The position numbers were made by a program, and so were the translations under genes. The notes below the pieces were generated by a model. It saw only the letters and a list, made by a program, of their open reading frames with translations, was not told where the DNA came from and ran no database searches. A stretch of DNA of 10,605 nt from a virus (lineage: Duplodnaviria > Heunggongvirae > Uroviricota > Caudoviricetes): the IMG/VR virus record IMGVR_UViG_2582580933_000002. One strand, written 5' to 3'. Positions 8,145 through 10,605 of this stretch are shown piece by piece (the first letter of the stretch is position 1; the number at the start of each line of letters is the position of its first letter).

Positions 8145-9664
8145 TATGCGAGCCTCAAAAGGTCTTCAGATATACGTAACGGACCATTGCCATTTTTCAT
8201 CTCATCGATGGCATCCATCATCGGATCAAGCTGGTCGTCGTGCGTATTGAAATCAGGATTAATGGCTTCCATCTCAACGAGGAAGTCATTGATGAATGGT
8301 GCGCTGCTGGGCAACTTGATGTAACCGGACTCGATATAACCCTGTACGTCCATCAGTCGTGTGTACTTATCCTTATCGCGCTGAATTGCTTTGATGGGGC
8401 ATATCGCTTTTTTACGGATGTTCTGTATCAGGCCTGTGCCAGATGACTTGTCCTCTATCGCCATGTGGCGAAGCGGCCCATTCTTCAGAGTTTTGCACTT
8501 TTCCCAGAATGCAACAGCACGGCGTTGTAATTCATCGGCCTCCCATTTACCGCGAATCATATCGATCAGATAGATGTACCCGTCAGTACCAAGCCCCCAG
8601 TGCTCGAATACTGAGAAGTCGTTGACCTCTTTTGTTTTCTGTGCGGTGTCTCCATAGACGGCACGCCATTGCATGGGAGGGAGTACCGAATATTCACCAA
8701 ACCATTCAGACTTAATAAGCCCCCCGCCTTTGGCGGTTGGTCGTTGCTGATAAAGGGCATTCCATACAAGAGAACCGCGCTGTTTGCACTTCTCTACGAA
8801 CTCTCTCGGCATGCGCTCAGGAAACAGAATTTCACCGGGATTGCGCAGTCGATACACATTACCGTTGAGTTCATGAATCTCTTCCTTTTCAGCCTCCATT
8901 GGGAAGCTAACTACGCGCCAGCGTTCCCCGCCCTCTTCAGCTAGTTTTAATAACTGTCCGGCGAGATCGTTTTGATGCCAGCGTGTCAGGATGATGACAA
9001 TTCCGTTTATCTTCGGGTCAACACGAGTGAAGAATGTCGTGTCATACCAGTCCATCACCGCTTCCTGGTAAGTTGGAGACGATGCGGTTTTGTAATCTTT
9101 CGCGGGGTCATCAATAACCCCAATGTTCATACCCTGACCGGTGATACCACCGTTAACGCCAGCAGAACGATATGAGCCGCCGTGTAGTTCGCCTTTGGCA
9201 TCAACTGGTTCCCATAGCTCGGTTTTGTTGATGCCTCCCGCCAAACTGCGTCCTGAGGGTATTTTCACGTCAGGGAAAACATCAGCGTACTTATCAGAGG
9301 TGATAATGCGTTTAACGTCACGGCTCATTCGGTCTGACAGGTCAGAAGAATATGAGCACGAGATAATGTTCCATGATGGATGCTGTCCTAACACATACGC
9401 TGGGAAGCGGCGAGAGCACAACTCACTCTTTCCTGAGCGCGGAGGGGCAAACACCATTAGCCTGGGCATGTTTCCGGCTTTAACTTCATCCAGAAAGTGA
9501 TCCAGCTCAGCACAAAGCAGCTCGTTAAACCAACCTGTTTCGTATTGCGGATTAGTGTACAAAGTGAAATCGAGAAGGTTTTTTCTTGCTGAGCGGATAG
9601 CCAGCTCTTTGTGCAACTCATAAATCTGAGCGTTTCGATTCAAGCTGATTGGAGCGCCTGCCAT
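8144..9664 (-). CDS. terL: terminase large subunit (ATPase and nuclease), 506 aa from the ATG
   Basis: Walker A-type P-loop [12 protein letters not shown] near the N-terminus; length and position after the small subunit. I chose the ATG at 9664-9662, preceded by AAGGAG with a 7 nt spacer, over the TTG at 9670 used by the ORF track. Confidence 0.9.
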   Translation of the reverse strand: MAGAPISLNRNAQIYELHKELAIRSARKNLLDFTLYTNPQYETGWFNELLCAELDHFLDEVKAGNMPRLMVFAPPRSGKSELCSRRFPAYVLGQHPSWNIISCSYSSDLSDRMSRDVKRIITSDKYADVFPDVKIPSGRSLAGGINKTELWEPVDAKGELHGGSYRSAGVNGGITGQGMNIGVIDDPAKDYKTASSPTYQEAVMDWYDTTFFTRVDPKINGIVIILTRWHQNDLAGQLLKLAEEGGERWRVVSFPMEAEKEEIHELNGNVYRLRNPGEILFPERMPREFVEKCKQRGSLVWNALYQQRPTAKGGGLIKSEWFGEYSVLPPMQWRAVYGDTAQKTKEVNDFSVFEHWGLGTDGYIYLIDMIRGKWEADELQRRAVAFWEKCKTLKNGPLRHMAIEDKSSGTGLIQNIRKKAICPIKAIQRDKDKYTRLMDVQGYIESGYIKLPSSAPFINDFLVEMEAINPDFNTHDDQLDPMMDAIDEMKNGNGPLRISEDLLRLA

Positions 9665-10208
9665 TACCAAGCTCCTTCAGTTTCTCTTCAAGTAACTCTT
9701 CTGACATATCGGCATAACGAACAGGCCCACCATCAGCGCCAGTTATTTCTGTAGATGTTTGCTCTTTAAATGCCTGAACAGAAACATGCTTACCAAGAAG
9801 TTCGAGGTTTTTGACCTTATCAGGCCATTTGATTTTCTTCAGGAGAGCAGCACTATCTGCTGATGCCATCTCGACGACATCCATACCCGATAGAGTCGTT
9901 CTCCATACTTTGGGCCAGTCTTTAATCGGCTTCAGCTCGCCATTGGCAAGCAGAATGTCAAGCACGTCCATCTGATCGATTTCAGTCAGCCGTCGCAATA
10001 CATAGGCAGCGTCTATACCTATCTCTTCATTGCGTTCAGCCTTTAGCTCAGCAATGCGATCTGCTATGTCAGGTTTTGACAGGTTCTCGCTACCAGTGGC
10101 GCGAGCAGTTTTCTCGCTGTAACCCGCCCTGATAGCTGCCTGAGTGGCATTTAAATCTTTCAGGTACTCACGGGCAAACAGCTCTTGTTTGTCGGTGAGC
10201 TTTGCCAT
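9618..10208 (-). CDS. terS: terminase small subunit (Terminase_2 / P27-type), 196 aa
   Basis: The N-terminus MAKLTDKQELFAREYLKDLNATQAAIRAGYSEKTA is the characteristic helix-turn-helix signature of this small-terminase family. ATG at 10208 preceded by GGAG. It lies immediately upstream of, and overlaps by 47 nt, the large subunit gene. Confidence 0.9.
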   Translation of the reverse strand: MAKLTDKQELFAREYLKDLNATQAAIRAGYSEKTARATGSENLSKPDIADRIAELKAERNEEIGIDAAYVLRRLTEIDQMDVLDILLANGELKPIKDWPKVWRTTLSGMDVVEMASADSAALLKKIKWPDKVKNLELLGKHVSVQAFKEQTSTEITGADGGPVRYADMSEELLEEKLKELGNGRRSNQLESKRSDL

Positions 10209-10437
10209 TATTTGTGCTCCGTTTATCCGCTTGTGGGGATATCAGTTAAGTTATCCCGTGTAGGGTATAAGCCATTGTCGAGACCACTCATTGAATGGCC
10301 TCTGCAATAACCGATGTCTTTCCATTAGTCCGCCACCACAAAGAATCTTTTTTGCCATAAGGCTGGAGGTTCATCTTTCAGTGGCTGCCAGTGTTATTTC
10401 CCCACTTACTGGCTTGGGTTGTTTCGCTGTACTGCCG
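10209..10437 (-). promoter_or_regulatory. intergenic region upstream of terS; candidate late promoter, antitermination or packaging-related site
   Basis: About 229 bp without a convincing ORF, between the stop of an upstream gene (10438) and the terS start. Contains a short inverted repeat on the minus strand, GGGATA-(10 nt)-TATCCC, and a nearby GGATAAAC repeat. No confident sigma70 -35/-10 pair identified by eye. Confidence 0.25.
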
Positions 10438-10605
10438 TTAATTAGTGAGTCCTGGGATTACGGTTTGCCCGTGCTGTTCAAGGCGTTCAATTCTCGCCAG
10501 TAGCTGAGGCTTCTTAATTTTTCCCCAGCGATTAAGCAGGCGACCTGACATGCTGGCAACATCCTTCTCTTTCATGTACTCCAGCATTACGGCGTTACGT
10601 TCTGC
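10438..10605 (-). CDS. 3' end of an unknown upstream gene (55 codons visible, 5' end beyond the window)
   Basis: Open minus-strand frame from the window edge to TAA at 10440-10438. I translated it by hand as AERNAVMLEYMKEKDVASMSGRLLNRWGKIKKPQLLARIERLEQHGQTVIPGLTN. No family recognised. Confidence 0.45.
   Translation of the reverse strand, partial: AERNAVMLEYMKEKDVASMSGRLLNRWGKIKKPQLLARIERLEQHGQTVIPGLTN

Noticed and set aside
10291-10503. Plus-strand 70 aa ORF in the region upstream of terS
   Set aside because: It overlaps the minus-strand intergenic region and the 3' end of the upstream minus-strand gene, has a low-complexity Cys/Pro/Leu-rich translation, and no clear start context. Probably spurious.
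1-10605. Search for a defence or anti-defence system, toxin-antitoxin pair, integrase/transposase, tRNA or CRISPR array
   Set aside because: Every sizeable ORF fits the canonical order of a phage packaging and head morphogenesis operon. I saw no nuclease/ATPase defence pairs, no recombinase, and no structured RNA genes. The only accessory-like element is the 30-codon ORF reported as a finding.

Overview
The window is one co-directional block of tailed-phage late (packaging and morphogenesis) genes, all on the minus strand, probably from a prophage or phage of an enterobacterium-like host (about 50% GC). I found no evidence in the sequence for a defence system, CRISPR array, tRNA or rRNA. In transcription order (high to low coordinates): the 3' end of an unknown upstream gene, a ~230 bp intergenic region, terminase small subunit, terminase large subunit, portal, Mu F-like head morphogenesis protein, an unannotated 30-codon hydrophobic ORF followed by a terminator-like hairpin, a prohead protease/scaffold-like protein, a small head decoration-like protein, the major capsid protein, five small head-tail/neck-type ORFs, and the 5' part of a large tail gene. 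Gene junctions are tightly packed, several with start/stop overlaps. The most unusual items are the 30-codon AT-rich membrane-peptide ORF inserted between the head morphogenesis and scaffold genes, and an 80 nt dual-coding overlap between the portal and head morphogenesis genes. Product names come from my recollection of protein families and gene order, not from any database search.
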